From positions 1 through 64,000 of the IMG/VR virus record IMGVR_UViG_3300044796_000662: a DNA stretch of 64,000 nt; one strand, written 5' to 3'. The first letter of the stretch is position 1. Each line of letters opens with the position of its first letter. Below, one piece after another: positions 1-8,785 of this stretch. The notes beneath the pieces were generated by a model, which saw only the letters and a program-made list of their open reading frames with translations, made no database searches and had not been told where the DNA came from. The position numbers and the translations under genes were made by a program.

Positions 1-732
1 TCAGTCCTTCGAGCTGGACGAGATGCTGAGGAGGCGCACGAAGATGTTGAACACGTCGAGGAACAGGTTGAGAGCGTCCCCGATGGCGTCGTCCCCGTTG
101 CTCTTCTTCAGGATCTGCTGCGTGTCGTAGACGATGTACCCGCAGAAGAGCAGGATGACCACGCTGTCCACGGCCAGGATGAACGGCCGCGAGCCGGTAA
201 AGATCGAGATGCAGGTCGCGATGAGGGTGACCCACAGGCCCGTCCAGAGCATCCCGGCCATCCAGGAGAAGTCCCTCTTGCTCGTCCAGGAGTAGGCGGT
301 CAGTCCGAGGAAGGCGCCGAGCGTGAGCAGGAACGAATCTCGGATCGGGTTCGCGCTCAAGGTTACGTGCTGCGCGGCCTTGTACTGCGCGTAGAAAAGC
401 GCCGGACCCGCGATGACGCCCATCACCCCGGTGAAGACGAAGTAGAACACGGCCGAGAGGCCGCGTACCTTGCGAAAGACCGTGGCGCAGATGACCAGGA
501 CGATGGACAGGATGAACGAGATCCAGAAGTGCTCCGTGGCCCACGCGACGATGGCGGGCGCCAGAACATCCGGGTGTCCGGTTTCCATGGTCACGTACGT
601 CAGGGTGCCGACGTTGAGCGAGAGCCATGCCGTGCCAGATGCGACGAGCAGCCCGACGACCAGCCAGAGGTAGACCTGGCGCACGTAGGTCATGTCGCGA
701 GAGTCGGAGAAGTCGAACGTTGTGGTCTTCAC
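1..732 (-). CDS. Bax inhibitor-1/YccA family membrane protein
   Basis: About 7 hydrophobic helices, 'YVRQVYLWL' N-terminus and 'YIVYDTQQI...ALNLFLDVFNIF' C-terminus. GTG at 732 overlaps the upstream stop (GTGA). Confidence 0.9.
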   Translation of the reverse strand: MKTTTFDFSDSRDMTYVRQVYLWLVVGLLVASGTAWLSLNVGTLTYVTMETGHPDVLAPAIVAWATEHFWISFILSIVLVICATVFRKVRGLSAVFYFVFTGVMGVIAGPALFYAQYKAAQHVTLSANPIRDSFLLTLGAFLGLTAYSWTSKRDFSWMAGMLWTGLWVTLIATCISIFTGSRPFILAVDSVVILLFCGYIVYDTQQILKKSNGDDAIGDALNLFLDVFNIFVRLLSISSSSKD

Positions 733-1025
733 GATTGCCTCTTCTTGTAGCCTCGCACTTCGAGGTTCTGCTCGAACGAGGTCCAAAACGCATCCTTTTC
801 GTCTTGCGGCGTGCCGTTCAGGGGCCACGGCTTCCCGGTGATCTTGCGTCCGAGGAACTGCGCGATCGTCTCGCGGGCCACGGTGTCGAAGTCGATCGTG
901 ACCATGCTGCGGACATACGGGTCCGCAAGGATCTCGTCCACTTGCGCTGGAGTCAGGTCGATTCCGATATAGTCGGAAACGGTGTCCTGGACGTGTTGCC
1001 TGGCCTCGGAGCTGTTCGGATCCAC
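729..1025 (-). CDS. hypothetical protein
   Basis: Coding-like ORF. CGGTGTA lies 10 nt before the GTG. Confidence 0.7.
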   Translation of the reverse strand: MDPNSSEARQHVQDTVSDYIGIDLTPAQVDEILADPYVRSMVTIDFDTVARETIAQFLGRKITGKPWPLNGTPQDEKDAFWTSFEQNLEVRGYKKRQS

Positions 1026-1034
1026 GACCTACTA

Positions 1035-1553
1035 CTACACCGCGGATCGGGCCTTGCGCACGTGGACGTACGGGCAATCGAGAATTCGCAGGGCTTCCTC
1101 GACGTTGGCCTTGGTCAGCCCGTATTGAGGGTTCACGTGGACGAACCTGTCGGTTAGGTGGGCCATCTCCGTGTCATCGTCAAGGATGACGAAAGATTCG
1201 ACCTCGTAGCGTGTGGTGTCGAGCCACGCCTGGATCTCGTGGCCGCGCTGGTCGCGGCGGTACGGTTTGATCTCCGGGGTCTTGTCGAGGATCTTACCCT
1301 TGTACCCGCGCCCGTTGAGGATGTCGCAGAGCTGCGTGCGCATCCGGCCGATGCGCCAAGCTGAGCTGACGACCGCGTAAGCGTTGCCTCTGGTCACGAG
1401 GTCGTTGAGGAGCACAACCGCGATCGGATCGATGTCGTCGCGCTCGTGGACGTACCCAGGCTGCGACGTGTTGTTCTGAAGCAGGTACTCCGTGTTGTTC
1501 AACACGCCGTCGAAGTCGAGGAAGACCACCCGAACCTTTGTCGGGCGCATCAC
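1035..1553 (-). CDS. HAD-superfamily protein (Swiss-Army-knife RNA-repair-like HAD)
   Basis: 'VFLDFDGVLN', 'VVSSAWR', 'RGHEIQAWL', 'FVILDDD' motifs. Confidence 0.85.
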   Translation of the reverse strand: MMRPTKVRVVFLDFDGVLNNTEYLLQNNTSQPGYVHERDDIDPIAVVLLNDLVTRGNAYAVVSSAWRIGRMRTQLCDILNGRGYKGKILDKTPEIKPYRRDQRGHEIQAWLDTTRYEVESFVILDDDTEMAHLTDRFVHVNPQYGLTKANVEEALRILDCPYVHVRKARSAV

Positions 1554-2408
1554 TCACCGATCCGGTTTGCTGGCCTGCCGAACATGCAGCTCCCCTACAC
1601 CGAGGACGTCGAGCCTCACGGGCAGGCCCATGAAGTCGCGCAGGAACCGAGACTCGTGGGACTCCAACATCCGGTTGACGCTCACGAGCAGGTACTTCTT
1701 GCCGGAGGGTAGCGACGCCGGCTGCACGTCCACGAACCATGCACAAGCCGAGTAGAGTCTCTTGAAGACCTCCGCGGCGCGAGCTTCTGGGCGTTCGAGG
1801 GCCGAGATCGCAGCCTTGGGTTGCTTCTGAATGACCGGCTTGGGCTCCGACTTCTTCGTCTCCTCTCCGAGGATTTCACGCTGCTCCTCGGGGGGTTTCT
1901 TCGTCCACTCGTCGATCAAGATGCAGCGGCCAACGGAGCCAGCGTGCGGGTTGGTCTGGATCGCTCGGATGCACGCTTCGCAGAAGCGCTGCTTGCGCTT
2001 GACGGAGAACTTCGTCGCGGTGGCGTTGTTACAGCCCTGGCATTCGAGGCCGTCATCACGAGCCCGCATCATCTCCATCTCGTGGAGCATCTCCGCCCGC
2101 TCTTCCTGGTAGGTGAGGAACTCGCCGTACTCCTCGGCAGCGGCCACGTTCTCCATGGCGCCCTCGGGCAGGACGGTCACGCAGATCCGCTCACGGGTGC
2201 GCCTGTCCCGCTTCACGACGAACAGGATCTTGCGGGTCTTGTCGTTGGCAACCCAAAGCTCTTGCCCGCCCCTGGTCCGGGTCTTCTCCGGCCGGGCGCC
2301 CTCTGACAGAATGAGCAGCTCTTCCCGTGCCTGCTTGGAGGTCAGGTGGGGTGCCCACCTCTCCCGGTAGCGCTCGATGGCATGGGGCATGATGCTGAGC
2401 CGGCTCAT
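1554..2408 (-). CDS. hypothetical protein ('HAIERY.ER' N-terminal domain, central CxxC..CxxC)
   Basis: ORF. Start set at ATG 2408, 10 nt after CGGTGTA. Confidence 0.7.
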   Translation of the reverse strand: MSRLSIMPHAIERYRERWAPHLTSKQAREELLILSEGARPEKTRTRGGQELWVANDKTRKILFVVKRDRRTRERICVTVLPEGAMENVAAAEEYGEFLTYQEERAEMLHEMEMMRARDDGLECQGCNNATATKFSVKRKQRFCEACIRAIQTNPHAGSVGRCILIDEWTKKPPEEQREILGEETKKSEPKPVIQKQPKAAISALERPEARAAEVFKRLYSACAWFVDVQPASLPSGKKYLLVSVNRMLESHESRFLRDFMGLPVRLDVLGVGELHVRQASKPDR

Positions 2409-2484
2409 TGTCACCACCTACACCGGACGCACTGCGCTACCCCAAAAAACGTAGGGTTTCCGCTCTTCTACATGGGGGTCTTTT

Positions 2485-2521
2485 CGGGTTGATTCTGGCC
2501 GATCTCGGGTTGTAGTCCCCT
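2485..2521 (+). promoter_or_regulatory. repeated 37-bp promoter-like element, copy 1 (TTGATT-N16-TGTAGT)
   Basis: 34/37 identical to 58757-58793. Both copies precede + strand gene runs. Confidence 0.7.
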
Positions 2522-2527
2522 CAGGTG

Positions 2528-2890
2528 ATGACCATGAGCGAGCTGCAACTCTACTACGACAACTTCCGCGCTGGCTGGTGGGCTTCGGAGAACGAGGACG
2601 AGTGCGCCTGCCATGGTAAGGGTTGGGCTCTGTCGGAGGTGGACACGTGGCACAAGTGCCCCGTGCACTTCCACGGTCAGCCTTCCCCCGAGGACTGCGA
2701 CGGCTTCGAGTCGGCTGAGGAGTACGAGACCTACCGTGACATCTGCCTGGTCACGTGGGCCGTCGAGCACGGCCTGGCCGAGTACACCCCCGCGGAGACC
2801 TCTCGCCGCGCCGCTGAGCGTGCCGAGGCTCTCAGCTACCTGCCCCCGGTCGTGGCGACCGAGGGCGACGACGCCGACATCCCCTTCTGA
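2528..2890 (+). CDS. hypothetical Cys-containing protein with SSB-like acidic tail (DDADIPF)
   Basis: ORF directly after the repeated promoter. Confidence 0.7.
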   Translation: MTMSELQLYYDNFRAGWWASENEDECACHGKGWALSEVDTWHKCPVHFHGQPSPEDCDGFESAEEYETYRDICLVTWAVEHGLAEYTPAETSRRAAERAEALSYLPPVVATEGDDADIPF

Positions 2891-2896
2891 GGCCCC

Positions 2897-3115
2897 ATGG
2901 ATACCAAGGTCAGCATCGAAGAGACGATCGACGAAGCAGCGCTCGAAGCCGAGGATACCGCCAGGAAGTCCAAGTGGTTCTCCTCGCTGCCTACCCTGCC
3001 GCAGCGCCAGGACTCGCTCCTGGACCAGCTCCGCGACCTCCAGGCCGTCGCCAACCGGCTTGGCATGTACGACGCGGCCGACTTCCTCTCCACGACGTTG
3101 AGGAGGATCCCGTGA
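2897..3115 (+). CDS. hypothetical protein
   Basis: ORF. Its stop overlaps the next GTG. Confidence 0.7.
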   Translation: MDTKVSIEETIDEAALEAEDTARKSKWFSSLPTLPQRQDSLLDQLRDLQAVANRLGMYDAADFLSTTLRRIP

Positions 3116-3738
3116 CCGCCGAAGAAGACAAGGCCACATTCCCCGACTTCAAGACGAACGGGATGCCCAAGTTCCCCATGGTCGGGGAGGAGATCTACGT
3201 GCCCACGTGCACGGGGGTCAACTGCTACATCGTCGGCGGCCGCGCCAAGGTCAAGCAGATCCTTGGCCCGACCAAGATCGAACAAGGGGGACGCCCCTCG
3301 GCACGCAACTCGGTCAAGAACGCGAACATCGAGGTCGAGGAGCACCCTGGCCAGCTCTTCAAGTGGTCGGACCTCCGCGACACGCAGTACGCGCTCTGGA
3401 TGGAGTTCAAGTCGAACCGCACCCGGATGGCCACGATGGAGGAGGGCGAAGAGATCCGGCTGCGCGACCAGCGGCGAACGGAAGCGCTCAACGAGCTGCG
3501 GGTCGAGCGGGAAGAGGAATTCCGCGAACGGCCGTGGAGCGGTGACGGATCAGGTAAACCTTCTCCGCCCACACACAGCTTGAAAGTGCAAGAGGCCGGC
3601 AGCTCGTGGTGGGCGACCGTGGGCGCGGGGTGGCAGCGCACGGATGGGTCGTTTTACGTCAAGCTCAACCCCGGCACCGTGCTCTCTTGGAGGGACGACA
3701 TCAAGATCGGGCTGTTCCCACCGAAGCGCCGCTACTAG
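3112..3738 (+). CDS. hypothetical protein, C-terminal DUF736-like segment
   Basis: 'WATVGAGWQRTDGSFYVKLN' pattern. GTGA overlap start. Confidence 0.6.
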   Translation: MTAEEDKATFPDFKTNGMPKFPMVGEEIYVPTCTGVNCYIVGGRAKVKQILGPTKIEQGGRPSARNSVKNANIEVEEHPGQLFKWSDLRDTQYALWMEFKSNRTRMATMEEGEEIRLRDQRRTEALNELRVEREEEFRERPWSGDGSGKPSPPTHSLKVQEAGSSWWATVGAGWQRTDGSFYVKLNPGTVLSWRDDIKIGLFPPKRRY

Positions 3739-3754
3739 AACCAAAGGACCGATC

Positions 3755-4057
3755 GTGCCCCTCAAGATCAAGTCACTCTCCCCGAAGAGCCCCACCCACG
3801 AGTCACTGAAGGAGCACGCCGAGGCCATCGCGCACGCGCTCAATCTCACCGCCGAGCAGGGCGGGATCCTCTCGCACGAGATCCGCAACGCCATCACTCC
3901 GCTTGCGATGTTGTCGCCGGAAGACGACTACGAGGAGGTCTTGCGGGACGTGCAAATTGCCGTCCGGCGCATCATCGCCCTGTGCGACGTGTTCAATCCG
4001 CCCCTGACGGCAGGACAGTCACCCGCGAGACGGCCTTCAGGTGGACAGGGCGGTTGA
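3755..4057 (+). CDS. small protein with histidine-kinase H-box-like segment
   Basis: 'GILSHEIRNAITPL'. No ATPase or sensor domain. Confidence 0.55.
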   Translation: MPLKIKSLSPKSPTHESLKEHAEAIAHALNLTAEQGGILSHEIRNAITPLAMLSPEDDYEEVLRDVQIAVRRIIALCDVFNPPLTAGQSPARRPSGGQGG

Positions 4058-4217
4058 GGGCCATCCCTTCCCGTGTGCTGCGGATGGGGAGAACGACCAG
4101 TTCATCCTGTAGAACCTGATCGACGACCGCCTCAGTGACCCAACTCGACGGCCCCATGTGGCTCGCATAGATGAGCTTCGAGCCGACCTTGATCGAAGTG
4201 CCGCGCCAGTCCTTCAT
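3993..4217 (-). CDS. hypothetical phage protein
   Basis: 'MKDWRGTSIKVGS' start. CGGTGTA lies 10 nt upstream. Confidence 0.65.
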   Translation of the reverse strand: MKDWRGTSIKVGSKLIYASHMGPSSWVTEAVVDQVLQDELVVLPIRSTREGMALNRPVHLKAVSRVTVLPSGAD

Positions 4218-4227
4218 GGGGCGCCCC

Positions 4228-4241
4228 TACACCGTGGTGTA
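4228..4241. promoter_or_regulatory. divergent pair of YGGTGTA elements
   Basis: TACACCGTGGTGTA between divergent starts 4217 and 4252. Confidence 0.7.
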
Positions 4242-4251
4242 ACAGTAGGGG

Positions 4252-4668
4252 GTGAGCCTCAAAGAGAAGATCCGAAAGATCGCGGCCGAGAAGAACGGCC
4301 CGTCCATCTCGGTCCCCGTGCTGAACGATCCGACGAAGGCGCTCTCGCTGCCGGAGAGCTACCGCGACGAGCTGCTCCTGGCCTACAGCATCAAGCTCGA
4401 AGACCTCACGGGCGAGTCGCCCTTCCACATGGTCTTCGTGCGTGAGGGCGTCGCGTTCTGCATGCTGAGCAAGCACGATGGCGGTGGGATGCGCACGGTC
4501 ATCCACGGAGTGGACCTGCGACCGGGCGAGGACGCCAACATCTACATGGTGGGCTCCGAGGTCTACGAGATCTGGAAGGCGTTCGAGCCCGATCAGCTCA
4601 TGACCTACGAGCAGCTCACGAAGAACTACGACAAGCTCCCCCGTACGCTTCAGAAGCGCTTCAACTGA
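4252..4668 (+). CDS. hypothetical protein
   Basis: Coding-like ORF. Confidence 0.7.
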   Translation: MSLKEKIRKIAAEKNGPSISVPVLNDPTKALSLPESYRDELLLAYSIKLEDLTGESPFHMVFVREGVAFCMLSKHDGGGMRTVIHGVDLRPGEDANIYMVGSEVYEIWKAFEPDQLMTYEQLTKNYDKLPRTLQKRFN

Positions 4669-4670
4669 AC

Positions 4671-5189
4671 GTGGACACGACAGGCTTCAACGACGAGGAG
4701 CACGCGAACGTCCGAGAGATGTTCTCGTCAATCCTAGACCTGGTCTTGGGTTACAGCGACCGCCTAGACCTTCTCGTGCACTTCGTGGAAGAGCGACTGG
4801 ACGCGAGGGAGTGCAAGTTCGGCACGTTGATCCCGGTCCCCACTCTGACGTTCTCCTTCACGAAGGGGATCTCCACGCCCATCCCGGTGATCATGGTGCC
4901 GTTCGATTGGAACATGCAGGGCCTCCTTGCCGACATCCTGGATGCGATCCGCGTCTGTTCACAGATGACCGACTACTTCCACGGCGTGTTCATCGGACAG
5001 ACGGACCTCTCGGCTCTTCGTGCAGAGGCGTATCAAGCCGAGTGGGTCAAAACCACAGTGCACTTCGGCGCTGAAGCGAGAAACCCTCGTATGCTGGACC
5101 TGATCCAGAGATACCCAGAAGGTTTGGACTCGCCGCACATCAAGCACTTGGTCTACATCCTCAAACCGTACATTTCGCTGAATGACTGA
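4671..5189 (+). CDS. hypothetical protein
   Basis: Coding-like ORF in operon. Confidence 0.65.
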   Translation: MDTTGFNDEEHANVREMFSSILDLVLGYSDRLDLLVHFVEERLDARECKFGTLIPVPTLTFSFTKGISTPIPVIMVPFDWNMQGLLADILDAIRVCSQMTDYFHGVFIGQTDLSALRAEAYQAEWVKTTVHFGAEARNPRMLDLIQRYPEGLDSPHIKHLVYILKPYISLND

Positions 5190-5214
5190 CCCCAGCGGTG
5201 TAGGTACTGCCACG

Positions 5215-5514
5215 ATGGCAGACTTGAAACCTGGGAGATCGGATCGCCAGACGCTTTCGGCGCTTCTGCTCTCTGGCAAGCTGACCCCTTCCGAAGAGAA
5301 GGCGTTCCGGTCCATGTACAACTCGCTGGAGACCGGCCAGATACGACTCACCCCGCCACAACGCATGTGGGCCGACGAGGTCTACAAGAAGCTCAAGCTC
5401 GACACGGCGGAGCCCTCGCGCTTCAAGAAGCTGCCGGCTGGCGCGCCGATGCCAGAGCATCCGTACGACAAAATGAAGGCGAGTTTGCCTCTGAAGCCTC
5501 CGGGAAAGAAATGA
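5215..5514 (+). CDS. hypothetical protein
   Basis: ATG 12 nt after CGGTGTA (5196-5202). Confidence 0.65.
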   Translation: MADLKPGRSDRQTLSALLLSGKLTPSEEKAFRSMYNSLETGQIRLTPPQRMWADEVYKKLKLDTAEPSRFKKLPAGAPMPEHPYDKMKASLPLKPPGKK

Positions 5515-5744
5515 GCACCGTGCGAACCGAAGAGGTGACGCTGGTCCTCATCCCGAAGCTCCAGCCGCAGCGCACGCAGCGCATGGAGTTGAAGTACAAG
5601 AGGGGCAAGTCAGAGCACCTCGCTCTCGTGTGTCAGACGGCCGAAGATGGCACTGGCTACGTGAGCACCACCAGCACACACTTGGGCAAAGACGACATCG
5701 AAGAGCTGATCGAAAGGCTCATCGAAGCAAGAGGAGAGATGTGA
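5511..5744 (+). CDS. hypothetical protein
   Basis: ATGA overlap with the upstream gene. Confidence 0.55.
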   Translation: MSTVRTEEVTLVLIPKLQPQRTQRMELKYKRGKSEHLALVCQTAEDGTGYVSTTSTHLGKDDIEELIERLIEARGEM

Positions 5745-6004
5745 TGCCTGCGAATCGAGTCCATCCGCGTACGTTCACGAAGTGCGGGCACAAGGGCCTC
5801 GGGGCCTACTGTCATCGTTGCGCGGAGGGGGACCGACTCATCGCAATCGGCAAGGGCGAGGCCAAGCCCGCAGCGCCGGGCAAGAACCGCCGCGTCGAGT
5901 CCTTCAAGGGCTGGTCCAAGGACGCCTTTCTCAAGGAGGGCGCTCGCCTGAAAGCCCCTCGGGTGAGAGAGAACACGTTCACTCCCACCACCGAAGGCGG
6001 TTGA
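5744..6004 (+). CDS. small Cys/His protein
   Basis: 'KCGH...YCHRC'. TGATG overlap. Confidence 0.55.
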   Translation: MPANRVHPRTFTKCGHKGLGAYCHRCAEGDRLIAIGKGEAKPAAPGKNRRVESFKGWSKDAFLKEGARLKAPRVRENTFTPTTEGG

Positions 6005-6035
6005 CGGCTGTCCTATTGCTCGGTACGCCGAGACG

Positions 6036-6449
6036 ATGCCAAGTGAGACGTTCGAATCCCGCCAGGAGATGGACAGGCGGGCCCAGTCCCTTCAAGAGCA
6101 AGGCGACCGTGTGCTTGTGGACGATGACCCCGACTCGGGTGTTCTCGGCTACAACGTGCTGGCCATCGCAGGTCGCGAGAGCACCAAGCTTCGGCACTAC
6201 TTGTTCGGGTTCGGGCTGACGCCCACCGTGCAGGTAGCCGAATCCGTCGAGGAGTTCCTCACCTGGATTCAGAGGCACGAGAAGCACTTCCGCATCCGGT
6301 CGAACGCTTCTCGCGAACGACAGATCGGCATCGTGTGCTTCTGTGAGGCTTTTCAGCGCCGGTCCCTGGTCTTCCGGCTCGCGGTAGAGAAAACCCGTCA
6401 GGCGCCCCCTGGGGCACTGGCAGAACTCGTCCGCCTCACGTCGGTCTAG
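6036..6449 (+). CDS. hypothetical protein
   Basis: ORF. Confidence 0.6.
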   Translation: MPSETFESRQEMDRRAQSLQEQGDRVLVDDDPDSGVLGYNVLAIAGRESTKLRHYLFGFGLTPTVQVAESVEEFLTWIQRHEKHFRIRSNASRERQIGIVCFCEAFQRRSLVFRLAVEKTRQAPPGALAELVRLTSV

Positions 6450-6982
6450 TCGTCGTCATCCGTGGACATGAGCCGCTTCCAGGCGGTGTCCTTGGGCTCG
6501 GACCGTTTCCTGGTCTCGTTCGGGAGCGACTCCTGCGCCTCCGGATCGTAGTGCCTGTGCAGAAGCACGGTTCCCCCGAACTCGACGATCTCGCCCATCA
6601 AGAAGTGCTGGACGGCGCTCTCGTTGTACGGCCCCACGAACACGAACGAGTTGGGCGACGAGTGCTTGACCACGACAAGGATCATCCGCTTGTGCTTCAT
6701 GAGCACCGTGTCGAACATCGGCGCGATGTAGCAGAAGAACTCCTCGTTGCGCCGGCGATTTGGCGACAAGCGTGTCTGCCGCATGATCGAGCCGTGACCA
6801 GAGTCCCACTCGACTGCGGGGTCTTGCTTGTCCCGAAGGACAGGACGAGAGGAACTTCCGAGCCCAACCCGGATGACGAAAGGCTCCGTAGACTCCATCG
6901 GCCGCACGGTCGTGAGGACGATGGACTTCGGCAGCGTGTCGTAGTCGATGTGCGGGCCAGAGCCTACGAGGTGGATGATCAT
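6446..6982 (-). CDS. hypothetical protein with C-terminal TAWKRLMSTDDDD tag
   Basis: ATGA overlap start. Shared tail motif. Confidence 0.65.
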   Translation of the reverse strand: MIIHLVGSGPHIDYDTLPKSIVLTTVRPMESTEPFVIRVGLGSSSRPVLRDKQDPAVEWDSGHGSIMRQTRLSPNRRRNEEFFCYIAPMFDTVLMKHKRMILVVVKHSSPNSFVFVGPYNESAVQHFLMGEIVEFGGTVLLHRHYDPEAQESLPNETRKRSEPKDTAWKRLMSTDDDD

Positions 6983-7215
6983 TCGTCGTCCCCGTCCATG
7001 GTTGGGGCGAGGTCCATTTGGCGGCGACGCTCCGCCTCGAAGAGAACGCCAAGGGCCTTCACTTCGGCCGTCGTCATCCACTCTGACTTGCACTTGGAGC
7101 AGGTGCGGATCGGGAAGGTCTCCGGGACCGTGCATAGGACCCCGCGGTACTTCCGCGTACGGCCGGCGACGCAGACCACGGTGATCTCACCGCCGCATTC
7201 TGCGCAGGACTTCAT
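6979..7215 (-). CDS. YgiT/MqsA-type zinc-finger protein
   Basis: 'MKSCAECGG...RTCSKCKSEWM'. Confidence 0.65.
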   Translation of the reverse strand: MKSCAECGGEITVVCVAGRTRKYRGVLCTVPETFPIRTCSKCKSEWMTTAEVKALGVLFEAERRRQMDLAPTMDGDDE

Positions 7216-7685
7216 CACGCCTCTGCGACCTGGCGCTGCGGCCGGCGGTTGATGTGCTCTAGCCACCACGTGAGCTTCTTCGTGTTGCGGTCCCAGAAGT
7301 ACCAGGTGCGCCGGGGTTTCATCGCGAAGAAGAGCGTCCAGGCGCGGTCCTTGAGCAAGTCCACCCTGTGGTAGTCCTCGCCCTTGATGAAGTTCAGCGA
7401 GAAGGGGAGCACGGGTCGGGTCACTACCCGCGAGCCGAACCGCCGCTCCTCGATGTAGCCGCCCGTCAGGATGAGCGAGACCGATGTCTCCCACGGGTGG
7501 CTGTGCAGCTCTGGTTCGGCGTCCCCGCTCACGAACAGGTGGAGGAACAGGTTGTACGGGCGGTCCTCCCGACCGAGGAGGTAGTACCGGACGAGATACG
7601 GCTCACCGTCAGGTCGAGGAATGACCTTCTTGGGGAACCTCGCCGCCACCCTCTCGCAGATCGCTTCGATCAACCGCCCGATCAT
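7215..7685 (-). CDS. phage cupin-like protein
   Basis: 'LFLH.F..GD....LHSHPW...S.IL.GGY.E' and 'DYHRVDL...AWTLF'. Confidence 0.7.
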   Translation of the reverse strand: MIGRLIEAICERVAARFPKKVIPRPDGEPYLVRYYLLGREDRPYNLFLHLFVSGDAEPELHSHPWETSVSLILTGGYIEERRFGSRVVTRPVLPFSLNFIKGEDYHRVDLLKDRAWTLFFAMKPRRTWYFWDRNTKKLTWWLEHINRRPQRQVAEA

Positions 7686-7878
7686 GCCCGTCATCTACAC
7701 CGGACACGCACGCATCACAGACCACCATGCCGGAAAGTCCTAGCCCGACCGCTTCGACCTCGATCGCGATGGCCGTTCCGTCCGTGAAGAAGAACCGCCA
7801 GACGTTGACGGCGCGGGTGTCGATGCGCTTGATGGTCTTGCCGACGAAGTCTCGCGGCTTGGGGTTACGATGTGACAT
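7609..7878 (-). CDS. hypothetical protein
   Basis: ORF with AGGAG upstream. Confidence 0.5.
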   Translation of the reverse strand: MSHRNPKPRDFVGKTIKRIDTRAVNVWRFFFTDGTAIAIEVEAVGLGLSGMVVCDACVSGVDDGHDRAVDRSDLREGGGEVPQEGHSST

Positions 7879-7887
7879 GGGGCTCCT

Positions 7888-8730
7888 TCATGGCGTCCGG
7901 GGTTCGACCTTCGTAGCCCACCACTGGTAGGCTGCGTTCGCCCACGCATCGAGCGCTTCAGGTACGTCATCGAGGCCGGGGTAGGCGTTGACTTCCAGAA
8001 GGTGCGCTGTGTCCCCGTGCATGAGGAAGTCCACGCCAGCGATCTGGAGGTCGAGCCTTTGCAGAAGCGCGCTGGTCCGCTCGATGAGGTCGGGTGTGAA
8101 GTCGTTGGCGAGCTTCAGCACCTTCGTCGTCCGGACGTTCTTGCGCCAGTCCTCGCTCTCGTAGCGAAGGTGGTAGAAGTGCCCGCCGATGATGAGGATG
8201 CGTTCGCTGCGACCCTCGAAGAAGGGCTCCACGATCCCCTCGAAGGTTCCCCGCAGCACGTCCCCGTTGCCCCCTTCGCGGAAGTCCAGAAGAGAGACGC
8301 CTTCTCCGCAATGCACGGCGCCTTCCTTGACGACCACGCGGTCCTTCAGGCCGAAGTCCTCGCCCTTGGGAATGAAACCCCGCCGAACCACGTCCAGCTT
8401 GCGCGGGCGGTCGGCGGCCATCGCCATCGCCAGCGACACCGCACGGTCATCGTGGGGCAGCGTACGGCGAACATCGGGGAACGTCGGGGTGTCCGACAAC
8501 GCGAGAGCCCGGCGTGCGGCGGGCACGTGATCGTTGAAGTAGTAACCGTGGTAGATGATACCATCCGGCTTGAGCCAGTGGTTCATGATCCGGGCGCTCT
8601 CCACGTATGTCTGGCCCCCGTGCGAGAGGATGCGTGGAACGTTGGGGTAGACGGTGAAGTTCGCGTCGATCCTGCCCCGAAGACGTTCGAGCAGGGGGTC
8701 CTCGATCCCGATCACGATGAGCTGGCGCAT
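7888..8730 (-). CDS. ATP-grasp (RimK-like) protein
   Basis: 'VVVKEG..HCGEG', 'WRKNV', 'IAGVDFL...LLEVNAYPG'. Confidence 0.75.
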   Translation of the reverse strand: MRQLIVIGIEDPLLERLRGRIDANFTVYPNVPRILSHGGQTYVESARIMNHWLKPDGIIYHGYYFNDHVPAARRALALSDTPTFPDVRRTLPHDDRAVSLAMAMAADRPRKLDVVRRGFIPKGEDFGLKDRVVVKEGAVHCGEGVSLLDFREGGNGDVLRGTFEGIVEPFFEGRSERILIIGGHFYHLRYESEDWRKNVRTTKVLKLANDFTPDLIERTSALLQRLDLQIAGVDFLMHGDTAHLLEVNAYPGLDDVPEALDAWANAAYQWWATKVEPRTP

Positions 8731-8785
8731 TGTACCTAACTAGTACACCGACTCGGTGTACTAGAACAAGAGGAGACCAACCCCC

